In this document: one piece after another, positions 20,083 to 29,449 of the stretch
Position numbering within the stretch: position 1 is the stretch's first letter
Layout: each line of letters opens with the position of its first letter
From: an uncultured Thermoleophilia bacterium
GTDB taxonomy: Bacteria > Actinomycetota > Thermoleophilia > UBA2241
Direction: 5' to 3'
Length of the DNA stretch: 64,000 nt
Assembly: GCA_963715985.1 (NCBI GenBank)
Contig: CAVQSP010000003.1
Coordinates: 55,679-119,678 of the forward strand
Made by a program: the position numbers and the translations under genes
The notes under the pieces: generated by a model
What the model was told of the DNA's origin: nothing
The model's input: the letters and a program-made list of their open reading frames with translations, nothing else
The model's database searches: none

Positions 20083-22364
20083 CACGCCACCTCTGCCTTG
20101 GCGGCCAGTGCCGCGACGATACGCTCCGGGATGAGCGGCAAGTCCGACAGCTGCGTGCCGAGGGCGCTGTTCACGGCGTTGACGACCGCGGCCGCGGTGG
20201 GGACCGTGGCGATCTCGCCGACGCTCTTGGCACCGAATGGGCCGTCGTCGCCCTCGTGCTCCACGAGCAGCACCTGGACGTCCGGCATGTCGGGTGCATT
20301 GACGATGTGGTAGTTCTTGAACCCGTCGACACCACTGCGGCCTGCCGCATCCACGTCCACGTGCTCGTACAGCGCGTAGCCGATGCCCATCTGCACGGCG
20401 CCCTGGAACTGAGCCTCGCACATGCCGCGGTTGATGGCGCGCCCCACGTCACCGACGGCCAGAAAGTCGGTGACCGCGGTCAGCCCCGTGGCGCAGTCCA
20501 CCTCCACCTCCGCGAACTGTACCGAGTAGGAGGCGGGGTTGGAGACCGCGTAGTAGGTGAGAGACGCGGAGATCTCCGGCAGGTGCCGCATCCCGCTGAG
20601 CACGGCGATGTCACGGTACGCGATGGCGCGCTCGCCGTCGCCGCGCACGCGCACCGCCCCATCCTCCGTGTAGAGGCGCTCCACCGGCACCTGAAGCACA
20701 TCCGCGGCAGCAGTCAGGATCCTGACCCTGACCTTCTCGGCCGTGTCGCGGGCGCAGGCGCCGACCACGTAGGTCATCCGGCTCCCGTACGTGCCGTAGT
20801 CGAACGGCGTCGTGGCCGTGTCGGCCTCGCCCGCGGCGATGAGATCCGGGTGGATGCCCAGCACCTCCGCGACGATGACCTTCATGGTGGTGACGACGCC
20901 GCAGCCGGGGTCGTGCAGGCTGGCGCTGAGCTCGAAGGTGCCGTCTTCGTTCATCTTCAGACCCATGTTGCTGGCCTCGGGGAAGGCGCCGAACATGCCG
21001 TTCTTGTGGGCGCCGCAGGCGACCCCCACGCCGCGCCGGTAACGGCCCCGCCCCGCGGGGCGGGCCCGGCGCGCCGCCCAGTCGAAGGCCACGGCGCCGC
21101 GCTCCAGGCACTCGCGCACGCGCGCGTCGCCGAGCGACAGCCCGGTCACGAGATCCGTGTCGAAGGGCTCGAGCAGGTTCTTGAGCCGGAACTCGACCGG
21201 GTCCAGCCGCAGAGCAGCGGCCACCCGGTCCATGTGGATCTCGGTGGCGGCGGCGATCTCCGGGGCGCCCCAGCCCCGCGCAGCGCCGCCGACCGGCGTG
21301 TTGGTGAGGACGGCCCGGCTAAGGTGGTGGTAGTGCGACACGCGGTACAGCTTGGTGACCTTCTTGCACATGTGGATCGAGTAGTCGGGCGTGCTTGACG
21401 CATACGCGCCTGAGTCCAGGGTGGACGCTGCCTCGAAGTCCAGCAGCTCCCCCTCGCGCGTGCAGGCGGTGCGGATCGTGGTGGCCGTGGCCGGACGCAC
21501 CATCGTGGCGACGATGCACTCCTCGCGGTCCAGGAGCAGCTTCACGGCGCGCCGCGTCTCGCGCGCGAGAAAGGCGACCACCGGCTCGATGATGTACTCG
21601 GTCTTGCCGCCGAACGACCCGCCCATGGGCACCTTGATGACGCGCACACGGTGGTACTCCATGTGTAGCAACTCGGCGATGACGGTCCGCGCCGCATACG
21701 CGCCCTGGCTGGTCGTCCACACCGTCATGCCCTTCGTGCTGTGGCCCTGGGCGATGCACACGTGCGGCTCCAGCGCCGCGTGGTGCACCCGCGGCGTGGT
21801 GGTGGTCGAGGACACGATGACCGCGCCGGAGACGTCGCGGCGTTCGCCCTTCTCGACCTCGTACTCGTACGCCACGTTACCGGAGGGGTGGATGGGGACG
21901 TCGTCCCGCCTGAGCGCGTCCTCCACCGTGAGCAGCGCCGGGAGCTCCTCGTACTCCACCTCGATGAGGGCCGCCCCCGCCTCGGCCGCCGCCCTCGACG
22001 CGGCGACGACCGCCGCCACGCGGTCGCCGACGAAGCGTACGTGCTCGCTGAACAGCGTCTCATCGTGCGTCGCGAGGTCCTGCCCGGGGTGGATGCGCGC
22101 CCGGCAGAACGTGTCCATCGGTGAATTGAAGCACGTGAAGACCTTGATGACGCCGGGCAGCGCCTCGGCGCGTGCCGTGTCGATACGCTTCACGATCCCA
22201 TGCGGAATGGCGCTCAGCACGAGCTTGGCGTGGAGCATCCCCGGCAGCGCGAAGTCGCTGCCGTAGACGAGCTCGCCCGTCACCTTCTGAGCCACGTCAT
22301 GAACGGGGTAGCTCCCGCCCACGTACTTCAGATCCTCAACCAACCTCTCCGTCCTCCTGGTCAT
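20082..22364 (-). CDS. Xanthine dehydrogenase-family molybdopterin-binding subunit
   Basis: KVTG, MGGSFGGK, ARGWGAPE, GTYGSR, GPFGAKSVGE. Confidence 0.92.
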   Translation of the reverse strand: MTRRTERLVEDLKYVGGSYPVHDVAQKVTGELVYGSDFALPGMLHAKLVLSAIPHGIVKRIDTARAEALPGVIKVFTCFNSPMDTFCRARIHPGQDLATHDETLFSEHVRFVGDRVAAVVAASRAAAEAGAALIEVEYEELPALLTVEDALRRDDVPIHPSGNVAYEYEVEKGERRDVSGAVIVSSTTTTPRVHHAALEPHVCIAQGHSTKGMTVWTTSQGAYAARTVIAELLHMEYHRVRVIKVPMGGSFGGKTEYIIEPVVAFLARETRRAVKLLLDREECIVATMVRPATATTIRTACTREGELLDFEAASTLDSGAYASSTPDYSIHMCKKVTKLYRVSHYHHLSRAVLTNTPVGGAARGWGAPEIAAATEIHMDRVAAALRLDPVEFRLKNLLEPFDTDLVTGLSLGDARVRECLERGAVAFDWAARRARPAGRGRYRRGVGVACGAHKNGMFGAFPEASNMGLKMNEDGTFELSASLHDPGCGVVTTMKVIVAEVLGIHPDLIAAGEADTATTPFDYGTYGSRMTYVVGACARDTAEKVRVRILTAAADVLQVPVERLYTEDGAVRVRGDGERAIAYRDIAVLSGMRHLPEISASLTYYAVSNPASYSVQFAEVEVDCATGLTAVTDFLAVGDVGRAINRGMCEAQFQGAVQMGIGYALYEHVDVDAAGRSGVDGFKNYHIVNAPDMPDVQVLLVEHEGDDGPFGAKSVGEIATVPTAAAVVNAVNSALGTQLSDLPLIPERIVAALAAKAEVA

Positions 22365-22518
22365 GACGTGGCCGCTCGCTCCGCCCGCGAGAGCGTCCGT
22401 CCCGGGGCAGGCAAGGTCGAGCCCCTCGCTCTCGCCATGGACTCCGCCGGGCGCCTGTGCTCGTCACGGAGCCTTCTTCAGGGTCGCCGTCACCGGTGGT
22501 GCGGTCGGAACGCCGGCA

Positions 22519-24156
22519 TCAGACGAGGTTGCCGGGCGGCCGGTCTTCGGGCCGGCTCGCGTCGAACCAGCGCTGGTACTCTACCCGACATCGCTGCGCC
22601 GTGGGCGCCGCGCAGGCGCCGCCCTCGGAGGTGCAGAGCAGCTCCGGCGGCAGGGCGCGGCCGACGGCGTCGGCCACGTCGATGGCCTCGTGCAAGGGCA
22701 ACACGGCCTCGTGGCCGGCCAGCGCCATATCGGCGAACACGTGCGCCATACAGGTGGACGCCATGATGCGGCTGCGGCACGGCTGGCTGAGGCCGCCGGG
22801 CATGGGGTCGCAGGGCATGCCCGTGAACGCCTGCAGGGCCAGCGACGCCGCGTTCTCGGCGGCCTCCGGCGAGCCGCCGATCATCTCCACGACGGCGGCG
22901 GCGGCCATGGCGCCGCAGATGCCGGCCTCGCCGGTGCAGCCGAGCACCTCGCCCGTCGGCTCGGTGCGCGTGTAGGCGATGGCGCCAACGCCGGCGGCCA
23001 CGAACAGCCCGTGCAGGAGGTCGTCGGCCGTGAGGCCGCGGGCCTCCTGCACGGCGCTGAGGGCGGCGTACACGTAGCCACCTCCGCCGCCCATCGGTCC
23101 GGGCACGTTCTCCACGCCCGGCACGCCGGCGCCGGCGCCGTACGCGTACTTGATCGTCGCCGCGGTGACGCCGTCGGTGATGCGCGCCGGCGTGACCGCG
23201 TGCCGCTCCCAGCGGCCGGCGAAGTCGGGCTTGAACGGGCTCGCCGGCACGGTCACATCCTCCTCGTACACGGCTCTCGTCTGGCGGCGCATGAGGACGG
23301 CAAGCTCGCCCATGCGGTCGGTCACCCACGCGGCCGGCCAGCCCGAGGCGTCCACCTCGTACTGCACGGCGACCTCCCACAGCGCGAGGCCGCGCTCCTC
23401 CGCGAGCTCGCGCCAGCGGGTCATGGAGTCGAACAGCTGTGGCTTGCGGTCGGCCTGGCTCACCACCGGCAGCAGCGGGCGCAGCAGCGACAGGCGGCAG
23501 GCCAGCCCGTCGCCGTCGAGCACCTTGCGCAGGTCCGCGAGCAGGGGCTCGACGGGGAGCGCGAACGTGTACATCACGCCGCGGCCCTCCACGCGCAGCG
23601 TCTGCGCGTCCACCAGCTCCGGCAGTTCGGCGCGCAGCCGCTCCAGCTGCTCCTCCACCAGGCTCTCCTGCGGATCCTGGACGAGGAGGACGAAGGCGTC
23701 GCCGAGCGTGCGCACGGGGAAGCCGTCCACGGTGACCGTCTCCACCATGCCGCCACCGGTGGAGTTGCCCACCAGATCGACCATGAGCCCGTCGCGGCCG
23801 GTGAGCACGAACTTCACCGCGTTGGGGTGATCGCTCTCCGCGAGGTGCGTGAACGCGAACGAGACCTCCACCCCGGCCTCCTCGGCCAGCTCGAAGCTGC
23901 GGAAGAGCCGCTCGTCGTCGGGCAGCAGGCCGAGGACGCCGGCCACCATGGCCCTGTCCTCGGCCATGATGCCGAAGGTGCCGGCGAAGGAGCCCTGCTC
24001 GTCCATCTCGATGCGCATCCGCGCGACCGGCTCGCCCAGCAGGTCGCCGGCGAGGCGCCCGAGCCGGCAGGGCCCGGCAGTGTGCGAGCTGGACCCCGGC
24101 TGCATCACCGGGCCGAACACGTCGTTGAAGAACTCCGGGTAGGCGGCGATGGTCAC
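22519..24156 (-). CDS. Fe-S-dependent L-serine dehydratase-like protein (beta and alpha chains fused)
   Basis: GPVMQPGSSSHTAG, GNSTGGG, GCTGEAG, PCDPMPGG…QPC, ELLCTSEGG. Confidence 0.75.
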   Translation of the reverse strand: MTIAAYPEFFNDVFGPVMQPGSSSHTAGPCRLGRLAGDLLGEPVARMRIEMDEQGSFAGTFGIMAEDRAMVAGVLGLLPDDERLFRSFELAEEAGVEVSFAFTHLAESDHPNAVKFVLTGRDGLMVDLVGNSTGGGMVETVTVDGFPVRTLGDAFVLLVQDPQESLVEEQLERLRAELPELVDAQTLRVEGRGVMYTFALPVEPLLADLRKVLDGDGLACRLSLLRPLLPVVSQADRKPQLFDSMTRWRELAEERGLALWEVAVQYEVDASGWPAAWVTDRMGELAVLMRRQTRAVYEEDVTVPASPFKPDFAGRWERHAVTPARITDGVTAATIKYAYGAGAGVPGVENVPGPMGGGGGYVYAALSAVQEARGLTADDLLHGLFVAAGVGAIAYTRTEPTGEVLGCTGEAGICGAMAAAAVVEMIGGSPEAAENAASLALQAFTGMPCDPMPGGLSQPCRSRIMASTCMAHVFADMALAGHEAVLPLHEAIDVADAVGRALPPELLCTSEGGACAAPTAQRCRVEYQRWFDASRPEDRPPGNLV

Positions 24157-24179
24157 GGCTCAGTCCTCCGTCAGCGTGT

Positions 24180-25308
24180 TCACGAGTGATGGTACCTCTC
24201 GTCGCGCCGGTACAGCTCCGCGGCGCGCGCCACGGCGTCGCGGTCGAGATCGACGCCCAGGCCCGGTGCCTCGAAGGGCCCGATCTTGCCGGCGACCGGC
24301 TCGAGGTCGGGGCTGAGCACCAGGTCCTCGTCGAGCAGCTGATGCATGATCTGGTTGCCGTCGGTGAGGTTGGCGGTGCGCAGGCCCAGATGGTGCTGCG
24401 CGGCGTCGGTGATGCTGCTCACGCCCTGGCCGTGCAGGCACACGGAGACGCCGGCCGCCTCGGCGACGGCGGCGGCCTTGCCGAAGGCGAGCAGGCCGCC
24501 GGTCTCGTGCAGCGAGAGCACGACCGCGTCGGCGGCGCGCTGCCGGCAGATCTCGTACACGTCGGACGGCGTGAAGACCGCCTGGTCGGCGGCGATCGGC
24601 ACGCCGACCGACTCCCTGACCTGGCGCATGGCGGCGATGCTCAGCAGCGACGTGGGCTGCTCGATCCAGTCGGGCTCGAAGCGCTCGAGGCGGCGGATCA
24701 TGTGGATGGCCTCGGCCACGCTCCAGGCGCAGTTGGCGTCCAGGCGCAGGCGGCGGTCGCCGATGACTTCCCGCACGGCCGCCGTGTTGCGCAGGTCGGC
24801 GGCCTCGCCGCGCCCGACCTTCATGTAGATGACGCCGTAGCCGGCGGCCGCGAGTCGCTCCGCGTGCGCGGCGAGCTCCTCCGCCGTGTCGCCCTGCACG
24901 AAGCCGAAGTAGTCCACGTCGTCGCGCACGGCGCCGCCGAGGAGCTGGTGCACCGGCCGCCCGGCGGCCTTGCCGAGGATGTCCCACAAGGCCATCTCGA
25001 GGCCGGCGAGCACGAAGTCGGCGTGCCACGGCGTGTGGTTGAAACTGCCCAGAAAGCGTGCCCGCGTGACCAGGCGTTCGACGTCCCACGCGGGCTCGCC
25101 GACGAACAGCGGCGTGACACCCTGCGAGCTCCGCGACCACGCCCTCGGCGGGAAACGCGGCGACGGACTCACCGACGCCCACGATGCCCTCGTCGGTCTC
25201 GACCTCCACGAGCACGACGGCGCAGCCGTAGTCCACGCGGCCGGCCCAGTGGTAGGGCTCACGGAAGCGCAGCGCAAGCGGCGTGGTCGAGATGCGCGTG
25301 ATCAGCAT
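24180..25308 (-). CDS. Mandelate racemase/muconate-lactonising enzyme (enolase superfamily); frameshift near 25128
   Basis: VEVETDEGIVGVGE, EMALWDILGK, RLDAN…IEQP…AADQ metal ligands, PGLGVDLD. Confidence 0.83.
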
Positions 25309-25560
25309 GACGCTCCCCGGGTGCGGCTGGTCGCGGTCGGCAGAGCCTCCCGCGAACGGGTCGTCTTCCAGTCTCGCGCCGGGTGGCCCAGCCCGCAACG
25401 CCCGCAGGACCGCGTCTCGCATTCCGGACGGTCTCTGCGCGCCGGAAGGAAAACAGGGTCCAGCACGCTGGACCGACCGCCACGAGCGTTGACCCGCGAC
25501 GCAACGCGCCGCCATCATTCCCCGCGTAGCACAGGCATGCTGAAAGGACCGCTGACACCC

Positions 25561-26679
25561 ATGGCGACCAACGACATCACCTGCTCCTTCAAGGACTCGG
25601 CTCTAGGCCTCGACTACTACTGGCCGGGAACGAGCATCCGCGAGGCCTGCGAGCGCTTCGACCTGCGCCCGGACCAGGTGGTCAAGATGGCGTCCAACGA
25701 GTGCGCCTACGGACCGTCGCCGCGAGCCATCGAGGCGGCCGCCGCGGCGCTCGCTACGAGTTCGATCTACCCGTCGTCCAAGTACGACTACTCCGCGCTC
25801 ACCCGCGCCTTCGCGGGCTACGCCGGGGTCGACGCCTCGATGATCGCGCCGGCGCCGGGCTCGGAGACCATGGTGCGCTACCTGACGCTGGTCTTTCTCG
25901 GCCACGACACCGAGGTCGTGGTCTCGTCGCAGAGCTACGACGGCCACCAGATCGCTTCGTGCATCGCCGGCGCCACGGTGCGCTCGGTCCCGCCCGTGGA
26001 CTACCGCTACGACGTGGACGGCCTCATCGCCGCGGTCAACGAGCGCACGCGCATCATCTGGGTGTGCAATCCGGACAACCCCTCGGGGACGGCGCTGACC
26101 GCGGCCGAGGCCCGCCGCCTGATCGCGGCAGTGCCGCCCTCAGTGGCGGTCGTGTTCGACGAGGCGTACCACGAGTTCGTCGACGACCCCGACTACGGCG
26201 ACGGCCAGGACCTGCTGCTGGCGGGCCACCGCAACGTGGTCGTCCTCCGCACGCTCTCCAAGGCGTTCGGCCTCGCTGCCCTGCGCCTGGGCTACGCCAT
26301 CGCCGACCCCGAGCTCTGCACGATCGTCGACAACATCCGCGAGCCGTTCTACATCGCCGGCCCATCCTGCGCGGCGGGCATCGCCGCCGTGACCGAGGAC
26401 GTCGAGTGGTCACGCCGCGTGTGCGCCGAGACCGTCTCCGAGCGGGCGCGCGTGCAGGCCGCGCTCGCCGGCCTCGGCCTCGGCGTGGTGCCGAGCCAGG
26501 CCAACTTCGTGCTCGTGGACACCGGCAAGGACGGCACCGGACTGTACGAGCGCCTCATGCGCCACGGCATCATCGTGCGCCTGGGCAGCATCTGGGGCTA
26601 CGACACGCACGTGCGCATCACCATCGGCACGCCGGAGCAGAACGACCGCCTGCTGGCGGCTGTGGCGGCGGAGATCTGA
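25561..26679 (+). CDS. HisC-like (histidinol-phosphate/aromatic) class II aminotransferase
   Basis: KMASNE, CNPDNPSG, DEAY, LRTLSKAFGLAALRLGY, PSQANF, RITIGT. Confidence 0.85.
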   Translation: MATNDITCSFKDSALGLDYYWPGTSIREACERFDLRPDQVVKMASNECAYGPSPRAIEAAAAALATSSIYPSSKYDYSALTRAFAGYAGVDASMIAPAPGSETMVRYLTLVFLGHDTEVVVSSQSYDGHQIASCIAGATVRSVPPVDYRYDVDGLIAAVNERTRIIWVCNPDNPSGTALTAAEARRLIAAVPPSVAVVFDEAYHEFVDDPDYGDGQDLLLAGHRNVVVLRTLSKAFGLAALRLGYAIADPELCTIVDNIREPFYIAGPSCAAGIAAVTEDVEWSRRVCAETVSERARVQAALAGLGLGVVPSQANFVLVDTGKDGTGLYERLMRHGIIVRLGSIWGYDTHVRITIGTPEQNDRLLAAVAAEI

Positions 26680-26753
26680 CAGCGGCCCGGCTGCCGCCGG
26701 CCGGTCCGTGGCACGCAACGCGGCAGGTCCTCCGAAGAGGTCCGCGATGCTCT

Positions 26754-26836
26754 GCGGAGCAGCTGTTCCGATTCGCGGTTTCGAGAGACAATGCCAGCGG
26801 ACGTACGCTCATGTGAAAGGGCGCATCGCACCATGT
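26754..26836 (-). repeat. Dispersed palindromic intergenic element, copy D (most diverged)
   Basis: Minus strand TTTCAC-N5-CGTACGT-N16-TCGAA-NN-CGCG; same spacing as copies A-C. Confidence 0.65.
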
Positions 26837-26891
26837 TGTGTGGCTCGTCGAGCGTGCCCCGCGCATCCACGTTCCTGAGAGGTGAGTCCTG

Positions 26892-27705
26892 ATGTTCGGC
26901 TTCATCTTCATCGGCGGCTGGGGCGACGTGAAGAAGCAACTCGTCGGCAACGTTGGGCTGCACACCTGCCCGGTCTGCCACGAGGTCTCCCGCTGGGACA
27001 TCTTCCAGATCGACAAGCGGGCCACCGTCTACTTCATGCCGGTGTTCAAGTACTCGTCGAGGAAGGTAGTGGTCTGCTCTCACTGCGGGAACGGGGCGGA
27101 GGTGAGTGACCTGGACGTCGCGAACCTGCGGGCCCAGGGACAGACCACAGTGCCCGGCAGTGCGGCCCCGCGATCGGCGGCACCCGCTGCGCCGGCGCCG
27201 CAGCCCGCGCCCCCCGCCCAACCCGGCCCGCCGCCGCGACCTCCGCTCCAGTCGGCGCCACCAGCGGGACAGCCCGGCAGACCCGCACCACAGCCCGGGG
27301 CGCCCTCGCGCCCGGCGCCCCAGTTCGGTGTGGCCCCACCGGGCACGGATCCTGCTCTCGCCAAGTGGGTCCGCACCCTGCAGGGGATCCTCGTCAAGAC
27401 AGGCTACGCGGTCCAGGACGTGCGGTGGGGCGAACAGCCCTACGGCGTGCAGTGCCGCGTCTCGGCGGCCTTTCTTCTGAACGGCACGAGCTACCTCATC
27501 AGCGCGCACAAGACGACGAAGCTGGCCGAGCGGTACGCCCAGGCCCTGGAGGACGACCCGTCGATACAGCAGGCCGCGCAGGCCGGGACGCACCTCATGA
27601 GGGTGATGGAGAAGCGGGTGCTCCGCGTCCACGACGCGCGCGGCGTCGACGCCGGCGATGCTGGAGCGCTGGGTCAAGACGGTCGGCTGGTACCCGCTAC
27701 CCTAG
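26892..27705 (+). CDS. Zinc-ribbon protein with Pro-rich linker; probable frameshift near 27648
   Basis: FIFIGGWG, CPVC…CSHC; another frame gives TPAMLERWVKTVGWYPLP-TAG, avoiding overlap with the opposing gene. Confidence 0.6.
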
Positions 27706-27763
27706 CTGGGGCCGGCGCAGGCGCCGGCGGGGCGGCGCGGCGCCGGCCGCCACAACGCCGGCG

Positions 27764-29206
27764 CTACTGCACCAGCTTCTCGTCAGCACGCCGCACAACG
27801 GCGTCCAGATCGCGCTTGACGTCGTCAGGCAGGTCGAGCGGCGCAAGAGTGCCGCGCAGCTCCCGGTACTTCTCCACGGCGCGGTCGTACAGGTCCGGCT
27901 CACCCGCCGTCTGCCACGTGTCCAGCGGGTCGGCGATGAAGATGTCCTGGCGCACGGCCTCACGGCAGTGCTTGAGCGTGTGCTTGGCGCGGAGGTAGTG
28001 GCCGCCGGCGCCGGCGTCGAGGATCGCCTGCACGCCCAGCGTGTCGTCGTCCACCTGCACGCCGGCCACGTAGCGGCGCAGCAGCGCCGTCATGCGGTCG
28101 TCGATGATCAGCTGCACGGGGCTGGCCAGCGTGGAGCCGCCGAGGCGGCCGGCGCCGTAGGCCACGTCCGCGCCGGCCATCGTGTTCAGCGTCGCGTTCA
28201 CGCTCTTGGCCAGCAGGGTCTGGCCGTCCGAGACGTACGAGTCGGTCCAGAGCGAGGCCATGAGCACCGGTACGTGGAAGGCCTCGCGCATGAACTGCGC
28301 GGCCGCGGCCTGCGCGAGCGCCGTCTCCACCGAGGCGATGTTCGAGTTGCCCGTCGCCATGTCCAGCGTCGAGTTGTAGCCACAGGCGAGGATCGGGTGG
28401 CCCGGCGCCAGCACCTGCGTCATCACGATCATGGCCAGCACCTCGACGCCCACCAGCAGAGCGCCGCCCGCCGGGGTGATGGGGCCCGTGCCGCCGCCGA
28501 GAACAAGGCTGCAGGGAGCGACCGGGATGCCGTACTTGCAGCACAGCGTGATGGTCTCGAGGTCCATGTCCTTGAAGACCAGCGGCGAGAGCGACGTCGG
28601 GTCGAACCAGGCGAGCGGCCGGTCGCGCAGGGCCTCCTCGCTGCCGGCGCGCGCCAGCAGCAGCTCGAAGAGGTAGGGAACGCTCTCCATGCAGTAGGCG
28701 AGCAGGTTCAGGGGCTTGGACGTGTTCTGCAGCTGCACGGCCAGGGCGTGGATGTCGGCCGTCTCGGGCGGCACGTCCATCGGCGTCTGGATGGCGCAGG
28801 CGTCGATGTTGGGCAGTGCCTCGATCAGCTGGCACCACTCGGCGAAGAGCTCTTCGGTGTTGTCGCGGAACGCACCCGTCTCGGGGTCGAGGTAGAGCAT
28901 GGACTGGATGCAGCTGGACGTGTAGAAGGAGCGGTCCGGATGCGGCAGGGTGAGGTCGTGGGCCGCGTCTCCCCCCTTGGCGACGAACTCGCGCGGAGCC
29001 GAGGCGAGGGCGGACTCGATGAGGTCCGCCGGGAACTTGACCATGCGCGTGGCGTCGTCAACCTCGCAGCCGGCGTCGCGCAGCCACCCAAGTGCGCCCT
29101 CGTGGTCCACCTTCACTCCGTGCCCGGAGAGGATCTCCACGCACTTCTCGTAGACGGTGGCGACTTCAGTGCTGGTCAGCGGCTGGATGCTGAGGGTGCC
29201 GGACAT
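27764..29206 (-). CDS. mttB: MttB-superfamily methyltransferase, non-pyrrolysine
   Basis: PTSLSPL, GGTGPITPAG, LDMATG, ASLWTDSYVSDGQ (Trp at the Pyl-equivalent site), GAGGHYL. Confidence 0.85.
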   Translation of the reverse strand: MSGTLSIQPLTSTEVATVYEKCVEILSGHGVKVDHEGALGWLRDAGCEVDDATRMVKFPADLIESALASAPREFVAKGGDAAHDLTLPHPDRSFYTSSCIQSMLYLDPETGAFRDNTEELFAEWCQLIEALPNIDACAIQTPMDVPPETADIHALAVQLQNTSKPLNLLAYCMESVPYLFELLLARAGSEEALRDRPLAWFDPTSLSPLVFKDMDLETITLCCKYGIPVAPCSLVLGGGTGPITPAGGALLVGVEVLAMIVMTQVLAPGHPILACGYNSTLDMATGNSNIASVETALAQAAAAQFMREAFHVPVLMASLWTDSYVSDGQTLLAKSVNATLNTMAGADVAYGAGRLGGSTLASPVQLIIDDRMTALLRRYVAGVQVDDDTLGVQAILDAGAGGHYLRAKHTLKHCREAVRQDIFIADPLDTWQTAGEPDLYDRAVEKYRELRGTLAPLDLPDDVKRDLDAVVRRADEKLVQ

Positions 29207-29347
29207 GGGGGACCTCCTCGGAGGAGTGAAGACGACAAGAGCGGCGGCCGCCGGCCGACCTCAGGGGGGCGGGTCTCGCCAAGCGGCCGCCGCCGCGCGC
29301 CAAGACTAGGCGCCGCCGCCTGGGCGTTCAAGGCTCTGGACCCGCCG

Positions 29348-29363
29348 GTCCCACATGCTGGAG
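29348..29363. promoter_or_regulatory. Candidate operator GTCCCACATGCTGGAG
   Basis: 13/16 match to palindrome GTCCCACATGTGGGAC; about 140 nt upstream of the mttB starting at 29206. Confidence 0.5.
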
Positions 29364-29449
29364 ACGAGAAGGGGGCGGGATCACCTTGCGGAGACCCGCG
29401 GGACGCCCTCAGTGACCGGCCGGAATGGTGCTGGTGGCCGGGGCGCACG

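Noticed and set aside
18597-22364. Selenocysteine recoding in the Mo enzyme or other genes
   Set aside because: No in-frame TGA at a conserved Cys position was seen
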